64,000 nt of DNA from assembly GCA_032718475.1 (NCBI GenBank), contig JAUCBJ010001180.1, positions 1 through 64,000 on the forward strand, given 5' to 3'. This DNA comes from Nemertoderma westbladi (lineage: Eukaryota > Animalia > Xenacoelomorpha). Positions 1-12,744 of this stretch are shown piece by piece (positions within the stretch are counted from its first letter, which is position 1; every line of letters starts with the position of its first letter). The notes beneath the pieces were generated by a model. It was given only the letters and a program-made list of their open reading frames with translations. It was not told the DNA's origin and ran no database searches. The translations under genes were made by a program, and so were the position numbers.

Positions 1-770
1 TGTACGAAATTTTCGGTGCAGCAAAATTACGGCGTGGCACTTCAAATTTTCAAATTACTTTATTCGGAAAAAACACTAAAGTTTTGATTTCAAAAAATGG
101 CTAACTTCTAAGTTACCTTCAGGCTTCTATATTACTTTCAATCGATTCAGCGGTCTGGAAAACCTATATAAATTCGTTAAAATTTCAATTTTGGTTTATT
201 TTCCGAATCTCGTATTTTTCAAAATTTGAAGTGCCATGCCCTAATTTTGGTGCACCAAAAATGGCGAACCACTCAGTCTTCAGGCTTCTATATTACTTTC
301 AATCGATTCAGCGGCCCAGAAAACCCATAAAAATGCGTTGAAATAAAAAAATTAGGGGCATTTTCTGAATATCTAATTTTTCAAAATTTGAAGTGCCACG
401 CCCACTTCTTAGGTGCACGAAAAATAGCATCCACTTCAATTTTTGGAAGTGGAATATAATCACATTCGATTCAGCATCTTGAAGTCTTGAAAAACCTACT
501 AAATCTAGCCAACACTGCCACGTTTTTAGAAAACGAAAAATTTTGTAATTTTGTCCTGGGACTACTTTTATTTTTCATCAAAATTATGAGTCCCTGCTTA
601 TGAAATTTTAACTTTTTAAGGTTTGGTAGTGTTCATCTATAGTTGTTTCACCAACAGCCCAAATTTTGTAGGATTTCATTGGACGACTACAAAAATATAG
701 TGGGTGGGCCTAATCGCCCCCCCCCCCCCCAGTGGTGCTAATGGTCAAAACACCCCAGTGGTAAATAGGG
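1..770. mobile_element. Right part of a non-autonomous DNA transposon, piggyBac-like end
   Basis: Ends ...GTAAATAGGG followed by TTAA (771-774). Internal ~160-bp direct repeats (TTCAGGCTTCTATATTACTTTCAATCGATTCAGCGG at ~118 and ~278) and an inverted copy of the AAAATTTGAAGTGCCACGCC motif near 30. Left end is outside the window. Confidence 0.45.
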
Positions 771-774
771 TTAA

Positions 775-1880
775 GCCAGATATTACTTTAAAATTTTCCA
801 GAATTTTAAAAACTGCTCTCAGTGTCGTTTCATCACCTTCCAAAAATAAATTTGTGTCATCAGCAAATTTAGATATTTTGTTTTCTGTAGCCCCTATTTT
901 ATTAATTCCCTTTACTTTACTTTCCTCCCTTATAACTACAGCGAGTATTTCAACTGAAATTAAAATAAATAAACACTCAGGGGGCAGCCCTGTCTAAATC
1001 CGCGACTGGCATATTAAAAGGCGCTGATAAATGGCCGTTGTTTTTAATATTCAGTTGGAATCTTGGATCATATAAAACATCGAACCAACGCAGAATAGAT
1101 TGTGGAATATTCATTATAGTTAGTACTTTTTAAACAAACGACAATTCCACAGTATCGTATAATAAGATATAATAATATCCTCACTATCAAACGCCTTTTC
1201 AAAATCAGGCATTACTAAGTGGCCGCTATTATTATTTTCATCCAAATATTCCATTACATCTATCACCCTTCGTATGTTTTCCTCACTGAAACGTCCCATT
1301 AAAAATCCCGTCTGGTCTCCGTTTATTAATTTCAAAAGCTCAATTTATGATTCATTTCGGCATCGTTTAAAAAAGCTTCCCGCCTTCCGTTTAAATCGCT
1401 TAATTTCGTGTTTAAATCATTTTTTCGTCTGTTTTTTTCTTTTGACTTTATTATTGAGTATGAAATAGTTTCGGTTCTTATTAAAATTTTCATAAATTCC
1501 CAAATAAAATGGTCGTCTTTGCCTGTACATTGCCTTACATCTTCAGAAAACAAATTTTTAATTTTTAATATAAATTCTGAATCATGGAGCAGTTTATTGT
1601 TAAATTTCCAGGAAAAGTACAATTTCCTTTTAAAGGATTGCTGTTCCCACGCTTTGCGACCCCGGTTCTGTGAAAAAAGATTTATAGCCCCATTCCTTCA
1701 GCCAATCCTTTTTATTTTCTGCACTGCAGTGTGTTTATTGCAGAAAAACCACATCCTTTTTATTTTTTTTTTAATTTATTAAATATACAGTAGCTAATCT
1801 CTTTACGCGATCCTGCAAGCCTCTGCAATTGAGAGACACAATACTTAAATTAACCATTTCCCAAACTTTTTCATTTTCAA
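775..1880 (-). pseudogene. Internally deleted L1/Tx1-clade LINE ORF2 relic (APE endonuclease start plus RT)
   Basis: Collinear minus-strand motifs: NLSIVSLNCRGL (EN N-terminus, ~1810-1855), SWKFNNKLL (1332..1622), DQTGFLMGR..ENIRRVID..DFEKAFDS (1120..1335), KISKFADDT (~855-880). Confidence 0.8.
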
Positions 1881-2150
1881 ATGACGTGTTAGAATTACTA
1901 TGCCAAGCGACACCGACTGGTATGCATCGCTGATTGGTTGAGGGGACATAATTTAACAACCAAAAATTGGGCATTACCGGTATTGAACTACATTTAGTAC
2001 ATACAACTTAGCATATATAGGGTCTGAGTATTGGTGGTAATTGAAATAGATTATATATATACATAATTATATAACTGACGCTGGAAATTCCTAAGTTTAA
2101 AACCAATAATATTTACATCGATTCGAGTTGTATTAACTGTTTTACGATTA

Positions 2151-3107
2151 GGGGCCATCCATAAATGACGTCACGTTTTTTAAAGACATTTTTGACCCCC
2201 CTCCTCCCCCTTTCGTCACAAATCGTCACGAATGGCTACCCTCCCCCCCCCCCCCCCCTATGTCACGTCACACTATATAAAATTAAATGATTACTCTTAT
2301 ATTATTAGAACAATAAATCTGGAATAAATTTGTCAACTATAAACTATAGATATAAACTAATATTACAAATTAGAGTAATACGAGTTTTTCAGACATGCTC
2401 CCATGGGCACGACGACAGGTGGTCTGTCATGCTTATAATGGCCATTGGTGGGACGTTAGCTACTGGGTGTGGGTTCGCAGGGGATCGGCCACCGCTTTGT
2501 AGGACATTGCTTTCGCCGTGAGGACCAGCCAGTGCATAATCTTGTACTTTGGCAGTCTCATGGAGCGAATAAGCATGGTGGACAGCCCATGACTTTCTTG
2601 AGACGCATCTTAAAGGACACTGGCCTTGAAGATGCGGATGATCTTATGTATTCTTAAAAATGCAGCTGCAATGCAGCATGCCGATCCTAGTAGTAGTCGC
2701 AGGGGATTGATAATCCAAACGGGTTTTGGAACTACCGCTACCATGAAGGGATGTAAGATTTTTAGTAAAACTTTAGATGCAAAGTAAAGATGGCATTCTT
2801 TACAAACACGCTATCTGAGTTTACCAATTATTGATGGGCAGTAGTGGTCGTAAGGTAAGATTTTAATGGTTATCATTGGAAGAGGTAATAGTTTAATATT
2901 AAACACGTTAATAGTATACACGTTTAATAGTATACAAGTATACACATTATGTATTTAATATATATACAGTAATTTTATCGGTAACTTATAATGTGACGTC
3001 ACGATATTGCGGACACACCCCCACTCCCACCCCTCGTCACAAATCGTCACGAAATACCAAACCCCCTCCCCCCCCTGTCCAGCGTGACGTCAATTATGGA
3101 TGGCCCC
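2151..3107. mobile_element. PIF/Harbinger-type MITE
   Basis: TIRs GGGGCCATCCATAAATGACGTCACG / CGTGACGTCAATTATGGATGGCCCC. TTA on both sides (2148-2150, 3108-3110). Confidence 0.85.
2486..2696 (+). mobile_element. 5'-truncated RTE LINE 3' end inserted in the MITE
   Basis: Matches the 3' end of the 29229-29895 copy, has a (TAG)n tail and an 11-bp TSD TCGCAGGGGAT (2475-2485, 2697-2707). Confidence 0.9.
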
Positions 3108-3519
3108 TTACCAGTGAGGGGTATTATATACATCAGAAAATCTATACTTACTATCATACTTAATAAGACTTACCTAAATACATATGAATAAAGAAAGAGA
3201 CTATATGATATTTTCTATAGTCCGGTAGTTTATTTATGTTCTTTCAATTTCAGAACCGGTTACGTCCTTGTTTATATATTTAGTAATTGTTCATGCACTA
3301 GATTAAAATTATACACAAAAGATACATAACTTTCACCCATCAATTGTCATAATATATCATTCAAATATACCACCAACTCTAAAACATATATTTATTCCTG
3401 GTCCCATTACGAGACGTACGGGGACTAACTTTCGTTGGGCGAAATTGAGGTCGACGATTCGGTGCCATTGCCACGCCGCGTAGATGAGGGGTAATAGAGG
3501 ATAAGAGGTTTCCCCCTTC

Positions 3520-3870
3520 CTCCATTGCTAAATAGACGAACGGGTAATATCGTTCACTTATAATTATATGCGCTTACCTAAGGTCTTCCGGATCCAACGC
3601 TTTCTTCTTAGCCACCAGGTCTTTCCGTATTTCCTGCAGATATGGTGGTACATCTCTGTTACTAGTAATCGTGTTGTTGGCTGGGTTTTTCTTTCCCAGA
3701 GATGAGATTTTTTGGAACCAGATATTAATTTCTGTTAGCTGCACGAACCGTACAATGACCGGCGCATTTCTCTGGGATGATAGCCGGCGACAGGCTGCCA
3801 ACAGGGGTCGCTGTAGATTAATTGAGTCCGCTAAGGCGTCGATGCCTGCCTTGGTTCCAATTGGGTGGTG
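3520..3870 (-). pseudogene. L1-type ORF1 (RRM/CTD) fragment, probably from the same L1/Tx1 element as 775-1880
   Basis: NAPVIVRFV...ITSNRDVPPYLQEIRKDL resembles the L1 ORF1 PIIVRF / xDLxxE motifs. Same strand as, and upstream of, the ORF2 relic. Confidence 0.55.
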
Positions 3871-3877
3871 GCTTGGC

Positions 3878-4717
3878 TTTGTTCTAGTGCAAGCTTGGGG
3901 GAACCAATGAGACACCCCCGATGTTATATAGTGTCTGGTTAGAGATGTGTGCATTGTACTTGACACAATGAACCCGGCGTAGCATTATTGTGAATGTGCC
4001 ATCCAGATATTTGATGTCCTCAGCAGTTCGAGCCCAGCATGGACTCCCATAGAGGAGTACTGGAACTACTGCTGCTCTAAATAATCGGACCTTAAGTTTC
4101 CGATTAATTCTATGTGACTTCTAAATCCTGGAAAGCCTATTCAAGGCTGCCCATGCCTTTCCCTTACGTATTCGAAGGTCCTCACCTGACTTCCGGATCC
4201 ATGATCCCAGGTAACATAAGTCGTCCACATACTCAAGCATACCATCCTTTGAGCTTATGCTCATCCGGTCAGAGACTTGTTGAGGACTTTCAAAGTGAAC
4301 TGTCAAAATTTTGAACTTTTTGGAGTTAATAAACAGACCAACACTAGAAGCAGTATGTTCTAATGAGCTGAGGAGCCGTTGGGCTCCCTCTAGTGATTCT
4401 GAGAGTGCTCCTAAGTCATCAGCAAAGTCTAGATCAGTTAGGTACTTGGCAGGATTTCCTCGACTGGAGCCAGTAGGTGGAGTTACCATCACCCCATCAT
4501 CATTATAATGATCTAAGGACATGCGTAGAACATAGTCAACCACAATAATGAACAAGAATGGTGCAAGTGTGTCTCCCTGGAGGACGCCCCATAACACTTA
4601 AAATGGTTCTGTGTCACCATCAACAGTAGACACAAATGTTGTCGAACCATCGTATACTGATCTGATTGCTGCAATATTTTCATCAGGAATCCCATATAAT
4701 GAAAGTATGCTGAACAT
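3878..4717 (-). mobile_element. RTE-clade LINE internal RT fragment
   Basis: GVLQGDTLAPFLF, LDFADD, YLGS motifs (ORF 4121..4597). Near-identical to the other RTE copies in the window. Confidence 0.9.
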
Positions 4718-4926
4718 ATGACCGGGCTTACCGACCCACTCTTGATCAACTAAGTGATTAATATGCTATTGGCGCTGATCGGGCTGTAATAGTACCACAT
4801 TACTGCCATAGTGGTAGCAGGATCGGGGATCCTGACCTGATCCAACTTTTAAAAGACAAATTCTCTCTCAGTACCTGCCTGTCATCAATCTTCTGTTCGC
4901 CTTTGGGCTTGGGTGCAGATTACATT

Positions 4927-5597
4927 TGGGTATGAAGCTGAGGAACTCTCCTAAAATGGGGTATGAAGCTGAGGAACTCTCCTAAAATGGGGTATGAATC
5001 TGAGGAACTCTCCTAAAATGGGGTATGAAGCTGAGGAACTCTCCTAAAATGGGGTATGAATCTGAGGAACTCTCCTAAAATGGGGTATGAAGCTGAGGAA
5101 CTCTCCTAAAATGGGGTATGAAGCTGAGGAACTCTCCTAAAATGGGGTATGAATCTGAGGAACTCTCCTAAAATGGGGTATGAAGCTGAGGAACTCTCCT
5201 AAAATGGGGTATGAAGCTGAGGAACTCTCCTAAAATGGGGTATGAATCTGAGGAACTCTCCTAAAATGGGGTATGAAGCTGAGGAACTCTCCTAAAATGG
5301 GGTATGAAGCTGAGGAACTCTCCTAAAATGGGGTATGAATCTGAGGAACTCTCCTAAAATGGGGTATGAAGCTGAGGAACTCTCCTAAAATGGGGTATGA
5401 AGCTGAGGAACTCTCCTAAAATGGGGTATGAATCTGAGGAACTCTCCTAAAATGGGGTATGAAGCTGAGGAACTCTCCTAAAATGGGGTATGAAGCTGAG
5501 GAACTCTCCTAAAATGGGGTATGAAGCTGAGGAGCTCTCCTAAAATGGGGTATGAAGCTGAGGAACTCTCCTAAAATGGGGTATGAAGCTGAGGAAC
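4927..5597. repeat. 31-bp tandem minisatellite, about 22 units
   Basis: Unit TGGGGTATGAA(G/T)CTGAGGAACTCTCCTAAAA, head-to-tail with no spacers. Confidence 0.97.
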
Positions 5598-7021
5598 CTA
5601 TTAGGTTGCTATTACCGGTTGCTAATAGTAACCGAACTCTTCCATCTTCTTTGATTCATTCGATTTTGTGATAGAATCGCTCAATTTTAATTTGTATCTC
5701 ATAACTGAGTATCGTGCTGCGCGAAGGGCCTACGAATGAGTATATAACAGTATATTGTGTATAGATTTTATCCGTATGTTATGTATATGTGCTACGGACC
5801 GCCACTCTATTTAATATATCAAGGTTGACGTAAGGAATTCTAATTCTAATCAGTAATATTATATATGTCACTTAGTAATATATGCAGATGTGGGAAATTG
5901 TAACAGGTGTTTTTAAAATTTTCCATGGAATACGAAATAGCCAGGAAATTTAATTATGTGTTGCCTGCTCGAGATTCCACAACTGGTATGTATGTATACT
6001 GGCAGTGACACTGGATCAGCCATCATTTTGCGCGTTCGTTTTATATAATAAAAAATACATATTATTGCATAAAATATATATTTAGTATTTAGTATTTAAT
6101 AGTATTTTAACGCAGAGTTGTTTGAAAAACTCAGGCCCGAAGTTAAAAACAATTGAATTTTTCCAAGCTACTTTCCATGTTTTAATATATTTTGATATCT
6201 TCGATTTATTTTTTTCGAAGCTGGTTTTCTCTTTGCAGCTGTTCGCAATGAGTAACGATATGTAACAATATGTACAAAGCTCCATTCAATGTCGTAGATC
6301 GATTTTTTGTACTATTCGAGCTATTTTTTTTCATCGTGATGATTTACAACAATTTAGTTTTTTTTCGTTTGACTCTTTGTAAGCAACTAGAAGCCGTATG
6401 GACTAGAAATTTGTGGGACATATAGAGTTTTTTTAAGATAAAACACCCAGGTGTCACTCTGAAATAACACTATTGGACAATTTCCTCTAAATTTAAGGAG
6501 AAGTAATATGCTCCAGACATTTTTATCATGGTTTCATAGTTTCAGCATGTACCCACAGATCTCCTTTAATAATTTACAAAAAATATTATGTCCATAGCTT
6601 CCTTAGAAAAAAGTCATCAACATGCCCAATTTAACCACGCCAGAGTCATCACCTTTTTATAACAATTCCCTATTTGAGAATAATGCAAAGTTAACATTTA
6701 ATATAATTAAACGCTGTATTTACTTTATTTAATAGGTTGATGGAAACCAATGATATGTGTTGTAAAGTAATTATCCCTTTCACTGTATTCTTACAAACTG
6801 AATTTAATTTATTTACAAATACAACTGCAAGTTGGTGGTCCGTTTCTACCTGTAATGTATCTTAAGTATACATACCACCAGTTGTTGAATATAAACATTC
6901 CTTAAAACTCAGTTAAATATAATTAATTTGATTAGTTTTGAAGTATTTTGTAGCTATAAATTATTAAAAAGGGAGATATTTAATTACTATTCATTACCTT
7001 TAGATAACTAAATAATTATCG

Positions 7022-7912
7022 ATGGAATTTCCGCTGAAACGTGCGTTATCTTCGGATGAGATCGAGCGCATAGAGATGTTGTATCGCTCGCTCCATTCCG
7101 GTGTATACGTCTGTCCATCTGTCGCCTGTCTGCATTTCTCGTCATCGACAGAGTGTCCTACGGATTCTGGCATCCCAACTCAACCTAGTCGTAGGCCTAC
7201 CGGTAACGACAACTCAACCAGTACCGCTAGTCAGTGGAGCCCTTATAAGCTAGGTGTGCCGGTACTGGTGTGGGAGAACGGAAAACGACATACCCGACTA
7301 AAGTTAACCAATCAAAGGAAAATTACCGTTTTGCTAACAGAACTAGAAACTGGATTCACAATATGGAAAGACAATATCGATAAGTTTTCGCAATACAGTG
7401 ATGTGAGCGACGCATTTCATTCGTTTTATGTTTCTGGAAAATGTGAACAAATGGCTGCTCTAAGTTTCCTCCACCCTATTTTTGCGGGGCAATTCTATAA
7501 AAAACTTTCGCAGGTTATTAGAATAAATACTGAAATTATCAATGGTCATAAAAAAACGAAGAAGGCTGGAAATTTAAAAATAGCAAAGTCAGCATCGAGT
7601 CTGTGTGAGCAGGACACTAAGAAGTGCGATATTTCGCTTCCCTGTCAGTTCGCACATGTTAATAGTCTCCGAGAGTACGGCGATCGAATAGTCTCACACT
7701 TTTCCGGCAACCCAGTCGACGTTCCGGAAGAAATTCTTGAAAATGCCGCTAGGAGGTGTTATGTAAACCACGTGCTCAACCACCCAAGGCGGGAGAGCTC
7801 ACTACGAGTTCCGTCTATCAGTGGGGAAGCTTACAGACCTCGTCGGAGGTCGACCAGGGCAGATCCGAGGTCTCAGAGTCTCACTGATCTGGAAGTACTG
7901 CACACTGAATAA
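7022..7912 (+). CDS. Uncharacterised host protein, 296 aa: WH1/EVH1/PH-like N-terminal region, basic patch and CRIB-like motif
   Basis: Intact ORF with higher GC than its flanks and non-repetitive composition. Motifs W..GVPVLV, GFTIWKD..FHSF..AALSF...A..FY and KCDISLPCQFAHVNSL (CRIB-like ISxPxxFxH). Possible splice acceptor TTTAG at ~7003. Confidence 0.7.
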   Translation: MEFPLKRALSSDEIERIEMLYRSLHSGVYVCPSVACLHFSSSTECPTDSGIPTQPSRRPTGNDNSTSTASQWSPYKLGVPVLVWENGKRHTRLKLTNQRKITVLLTELETGFTIWKDNIDKFSQYSDVSDAFHSFYVSGKCEQMAALSFLHPIFAGQFYKKLSQVIRINTEIINGHKKTKKAGNLKIAKSASSLCEQDTKKCDISLPCQFAHVNSLREYGDRIVSHFSGNPVDVPEEILENAARRCYVNHVLNHPRRESSLRVPSISGEAYRPRRRSTRADPRSQSLTDLEVLHTE

Positions 7913-7929
7913 TTGATTTATTGTCAAAT

Positions 7930-8210
7930 AGGGGGAGGGGGGGGGGGGGGGGGGGGGGGAGACGCAAACAAAAGTCATCCCTCTCCAGCGGAAATTTATA
8001 TATAACAGCTAGCAAATAACAGCTAATTACTCTCAAAATAAAAAAAGGTTACTTGTTCTATTGAATTTCATGTATTATTTTGGTTAGAATAACGTCCCAC
8101 TGTATAACCTTCTCCATTCGCTAAATTTATAATTTAACATTGAGACGAGATTTTTAATTCCCGAGATGGGATTTGCGTCAAATTCCTCCCCCTCCCCCCC
8201 CCCCTCCCCT
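7930..8210. repeat. Dispersed non-coding repeat, with a diverged inverted copy at ~12421-12665
   Basis: The reverse complement of 12421-12665 aligns by eye (GACGCAA..CTCCAG..TTACTCTCAAAA..AATTTAACATTGAG..TTTGCGTC). G/C homopolymer ends. A piece related to 12640-12740 occurs at ~44720-44825. Confidence 0.7.
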
Positions 8211-9359
8211 TGTCTCTTTATTGTACAGTTGCTAATAGTTTAACAACTATTTAGGATTAAAAACTAAGTAAAGATGTGTATTTTACATAATTACTTTCAA
8301 TTCATTCTATATTATCGTAATATATTTTGCATTCATAACGGTTAATCTTCGTACGTTTATGCTTAAATAGTATCTGTAAGGAGAGTTTCATTAAATGTCC
8401 ACTACTTGATGGATGGATGGTGGAGAGAGGAGGTGCCCGCGTCATTGGGGCATAGCCATACAGCGTGCAGAGCTCGGGAAACCAACTATAGTTGTAATCA
8501 CAGTCGATTACCAAACGGAGTCAACATTTTAGAGTTAACCTTTGAATTTTTTATAAAATTATCTTCGTTAAATCACATACTTCATATCGAAAGATGTCCT
8601 TTTTCATATTAGCCTCAATATCTATATCTATCTTCTAATATTCAACTAATAATATTCGTTGAGAAACAACTGAGATATAGGCGTTCAAAGATTGGAAGAA
8701 TCATAGTTCTCAGGAGGCCATTTATATATTTAATTATCGCCACTAATTGAATGCCACCCCAAATTAGATGATTTAACACCAAAATAAATTATTTTCCACC
8801 AAATATATTTTTTTGTAGCACCAATTCACATCCCCCAATATTGAGTATCCCTATTCAATTCCTAACAATTATTCATCCCCAAAAAACAATTATTCATCCC
8901 CCAAAAACAATTATTCGTCCCCGAAAAACAATTATTGATTCCCCAAAAACAATTATTCATCCCTCAAAAACAATTACTCCTTCCCCAAAAAACAATTATT
9001 CTACCCCCAAAACAATTATTTTTCCCCCAAAAATAATTACTTGTCACCAAAAAAAATTATTCCAGCACCAAATATTTTATATTAAATCCTGGTATTCTTC
9101 ACATGGGCACATGCTTCAGTCTTCAGTTACAGTATTCGTACCGATAGGCCTATTGCTTTCAGAACAACGTATTCTGTTATTAGGTTTCGTACCGATGTAC
9201 CTACAGTATTAGGCCTACTTCAGTTTCAGTATTCGGATCTATAGCCCTATTGCCTATGGCCTATTACTTATTCTGTTATTAGGTTTCAGTATTACGGCAG
9301 TACTGAAGTTTTTGTCTAACTTCCAGGAAGTGCGAGCCCTATTGCTGCAGTAGTATAGT

Positions 9360-12050
9360 ATTTATTTTGGGGGATTATGTATTTATTTTGGGCTAAAATG
9401 TATTTTTTTGGGGGGAAAATGTATTTGTTTTGGGCTAAAATGTATTTGTTTTTGGGGGAAAATGTATTTGTTTTGGGGGAAAATGTATTTATTTTGGGCT
9501 AAAATGTATTTGTTTTGGAGGAAAATGTATTTGTTTTGGGGGAAATGTATTTGTTTTGGGGGAAAATCAAGGTGTACTAAATAACAGGTCATGCAGCGAG
9601 CTGATTGCTGAAATTAGCGGAGGCCGATCGTTTCCCTATTTATGACACTATTTTCATAATATTTTTTTAGAAACCTCTCTTATGCAACTTTGGTTAGGTG
9701 GATATGATGACTAGGATTCATAGCAATGTAATAAAATGTGTTTCTGGAATTTTTATCTTGTAGTTGCCAAGGTAACCGGGTTCAAAGTTCAAATTTCGAG
9801 CGTCTGTAATTCAAGACGACAAGGGATTCTGTTCTTGAGATTTGGTATATGAGTAAAGGGAATAAAAGTCTATCAAAATATTTTACATTTAATTTATTTT
9901 TCAATTCCGTTTCCATGGTGACGGGAATTACGATAATTTCCCATTATGACCGCCAGATAGAAATTGGGCTACTATTTACTACTTATATAATTTTCAACAA
10001 ACATGCCTGGTGGCTGTCATTTATTTCTAATAATTGCTAACCGAAATTTAATATTCTGGAATGTCAAAATCATGCTATAACAGATCTTGCTCTCTGATTG
10101 GACTGTTTAGTTTATTTGCAAATCTTGACCTTTATAAATATGATTCACAATTGACGAATTATAAAATAAAATGTTGGCAATTTTAACTTATTATTTAGAC
10201 TGACAAACCGAATAAAAATGGTGTTTTATAGAACTTGTAGACCATTTTTAAAATTTTTCATTCTACTTATTTCCATGGCGACGGGAATGTAAACGAATTC
10301 AAATGTAAAATATTTTGATAGACTTTTATTCCCTTTACTCACCTACCAAATCTTAAGGGAAGAATCCATTGTCGTCTTAAAATACAGGCGCGCAAAGTTT
10401 GAACTTTGCACCCGGTTACCTTGGCAACTACAAGATAAAAATTCCATAAACACATTTTATTACATTGCTATGAATCCTAGTCATCATATCCACCTAACCA
10501 AAGAAGCACATAAGAAGTTTCTAAGGAAATATTATGAAAATAGAGCCATAAATAGGGAAAAGATCGGCCTCCGCTAATTTCAGCAATCAGCTCGCTGCAT
10601 GACCTGTTATTTAGTACATCTTGGGGAAAATGTAATTGTTTTGGGGGAAAATGTATTTATTTTGGGCTAAAATGTATTTGTTTTGGGGGAAAATGTATTT
10701 GTTTTGGGGGAAAATGTGTTTATTTTGGGCTAAAATGTATTTGTTTTGGGGGAAAATGTATTTGTTTTGGGGGAAAATGTGTTTATTTTGGGCTAAAATG
10801 TATTTGTTTTGGGGGAAAATGTATTTATTTTGGGGGAAAATGTATTTATTTTGGGCTAAAATGTATTTGTTTTGGAGGAAAATGTATTTGTTTTGGGCTA
10901 AAATGTATTTGTTTTGGGGGAAATGTATTTCTTTTGGGGGAAAATGTAATTGTTTTGGGGGAAAATGTATTTATTTTGGGCTAAAATGTATTTGTTTTGG
11001 GGGTAAATGTATTTGTTTTGGGGGAAAATGTCTTTATTTTGGGCTAAAATGTATTTGTTTTGGGGGAAAATGTATTTATTTTGGGGGAAAATGTATTTAT
11101 TTTGGGCTAAAATGTATTTGTTTTGGGGGAAAATGTATTTGTTTTGGGGGAAAATGTGTTTATTTTGGGCTAAAATGTATTTGTTTTGGGGGAAAATGTA
11201 TTTATTTTGGGGGAAAATGTATTTGTTTTGGGGGAAAATGTGTTTATTTTGTGCTAAAATGTATTTGTTTTGGGGGAAAATGTATTTATTTTGGGGGAAA
11301 ATGTATTTATTTTGGGCTAAAATGTATTTGTTTTGGAGGAAAATGTATTTGTTTTGGGGGAAAATGTATTTATTTTGGGCTAAAATGTATTTGTTTTGGG
11401 GGAAAATGTATTTGTTTTGGGGGAAAATGTGTTTATTTTGGGCTAAAATGTATTTGTTTTGGGGGAAAATGTATTTATTTTGGGTGAAAATGTATTTATT
11501 TTGGGCTAAAATGTATTTGTTTTGGGCTAAAATGTATTTGTTTTGGGGGAAATGTATTTCTTTTGGGGGAAAATGTAATTGTTTTGGGGGAAAATGTATT
11601 TATTTTGGGCTAAAATGTATTTGTTTTGGGGGTAAATGTATTTGTTTTGGGGGAAAATGTGTTTATTTTGGGCTAAAATGTATTTGTTTTGGGGGAAAAT
11701 GTATTTGTTTTTGTGGAAAATGTGTTTATTTTGGGCTAAAATGTATTTGTTTTGGGCTAAAATGTATTTGTTTTGGAGGAAAATGTATTTGTTTTGGGCT
11801 AAAATGTATTTGTTGTGGGGGAAATGTAATTGATTTGGGGGAAAATGTAATTGTTTTGGGGGAAAATGTATTTATTTTGGGCTAAAATGTATTTGTTTTG
11901 GGGGAAAATGTATTTGTTTTGGGGGAAAATGTGTTTATTTTGGGCTAAAATGTATTTGTTTTGGGGGAAAATGTATTTGTTTTGGGGGAAAATGTATTTA
12001 TTTTGGGCTAAAATGTATTTGTCTTGGTGGAAAATGTATTTGTTTTGGGA
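9360..12050. repeat. 21-bp minisatellite (GGGGGAAAATGTATTT(G/A)TTTT and GGGCTAAAATG variant), interrupted by a MITE
   Basis: Direct tandem units at 9360-9567 and 10624-12050. Source of the spurious MYLFWGK ORFs. Confidence 0.95.
9568..10623. mobile_element. Non-autonomous TIR element with ~320-bp TIRs and 8-bp TSD (P-element-like termini; hAT possible)
   Basis: Begins CAAGGTGTACTAAATAACAGGTCATGCAGCG and ends CGCTGCATGACCTGTTATTTAGTACATCTTG. TSD GGGAAAAT (9560-9567, 10624-10631). Confidence 0.88.
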
Positions 12051-12744
12051 AAATTTGAAATTTTTTGGGGGGTTTTGGAATTTATTTTGGTGCTAATAAT
12101 TGGTTTTGAGGAGCATTTATTTATTTTGGTATTGAATAATTTGTTTTGGTGTTGAATAATTTTTTTTGCTTTGAAAAATTTATTTTGGTGTTTGAATAAT
12201 TTTATTTGGGGTGACTTTACTTTATTTGGTGTTGAATATTTTTTGTTTGGGGTCACATTATTTAATTTGGTATAAAATACTTTTTTTTGGTGAAATTTTC
12301 ATCAATTTTGGGATGACTTTAATTGGTAGCCTTTAATTATTAAATACACAACCTTCTGGAAAATTGTATGTGTTGCTACGCAATAGAGATATTGAATAGT
12401 TACCCCTAACTGTTCGAGACAGGGGGGGGGGGGGGGGGGGCTGGGGGACTGGACGCAAAACCCGCCTTGGCGAATTAATATCCCGCCTCAATGTTAAATT
12501 CTCAATTTAGGGAAAGGAGCATGTTATAGTGGTACGTAATTTTAACTAAAACAATAAACTAAACACAATAGAACAGTTTATTTTTGAGAGTAATCAGCAG
12601 TTACTTGCGTCGAATTTCCCCTGGAGATGGATGAATTTTTATTGCGTCCAGTTACCCCCCCTATCTGAACTATTTATGAGAAAATAATAAATGTCCCCCG
12701 GCAACTTTTTTTGAAAATTTCACAGAATTTTGAGAAAAAAATAC

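Larger units (their letters stand above)
8711..12358. mobile_element. Foldback-like element with imperfect long inverted arms built from ~21-bp subrepeats
   Basis: Left end CAGGAGG..TTTAATTA..CCCCAAATT..CACCAAAA resembles the reverse complement of the right end. Left subrepeats AAAAACAATTATTCATCCCCC versus right-hand GGGGGAAAATGTATTTGTTTT in the opposite orientation. No TSD found. Confidence 0.55.

Noticed and set aside
4927-5597. CRISPR array (31-bp repeat)
   Set aside because: Units are contiguous with no unique spacers, there are no cas genes, and the context is eukaryotic.
10636-12096. Long MYLFWGK / CICFGGK ORFs
   Set aside because: Translation artefacts of a stop-free 21-bp minisatellite.
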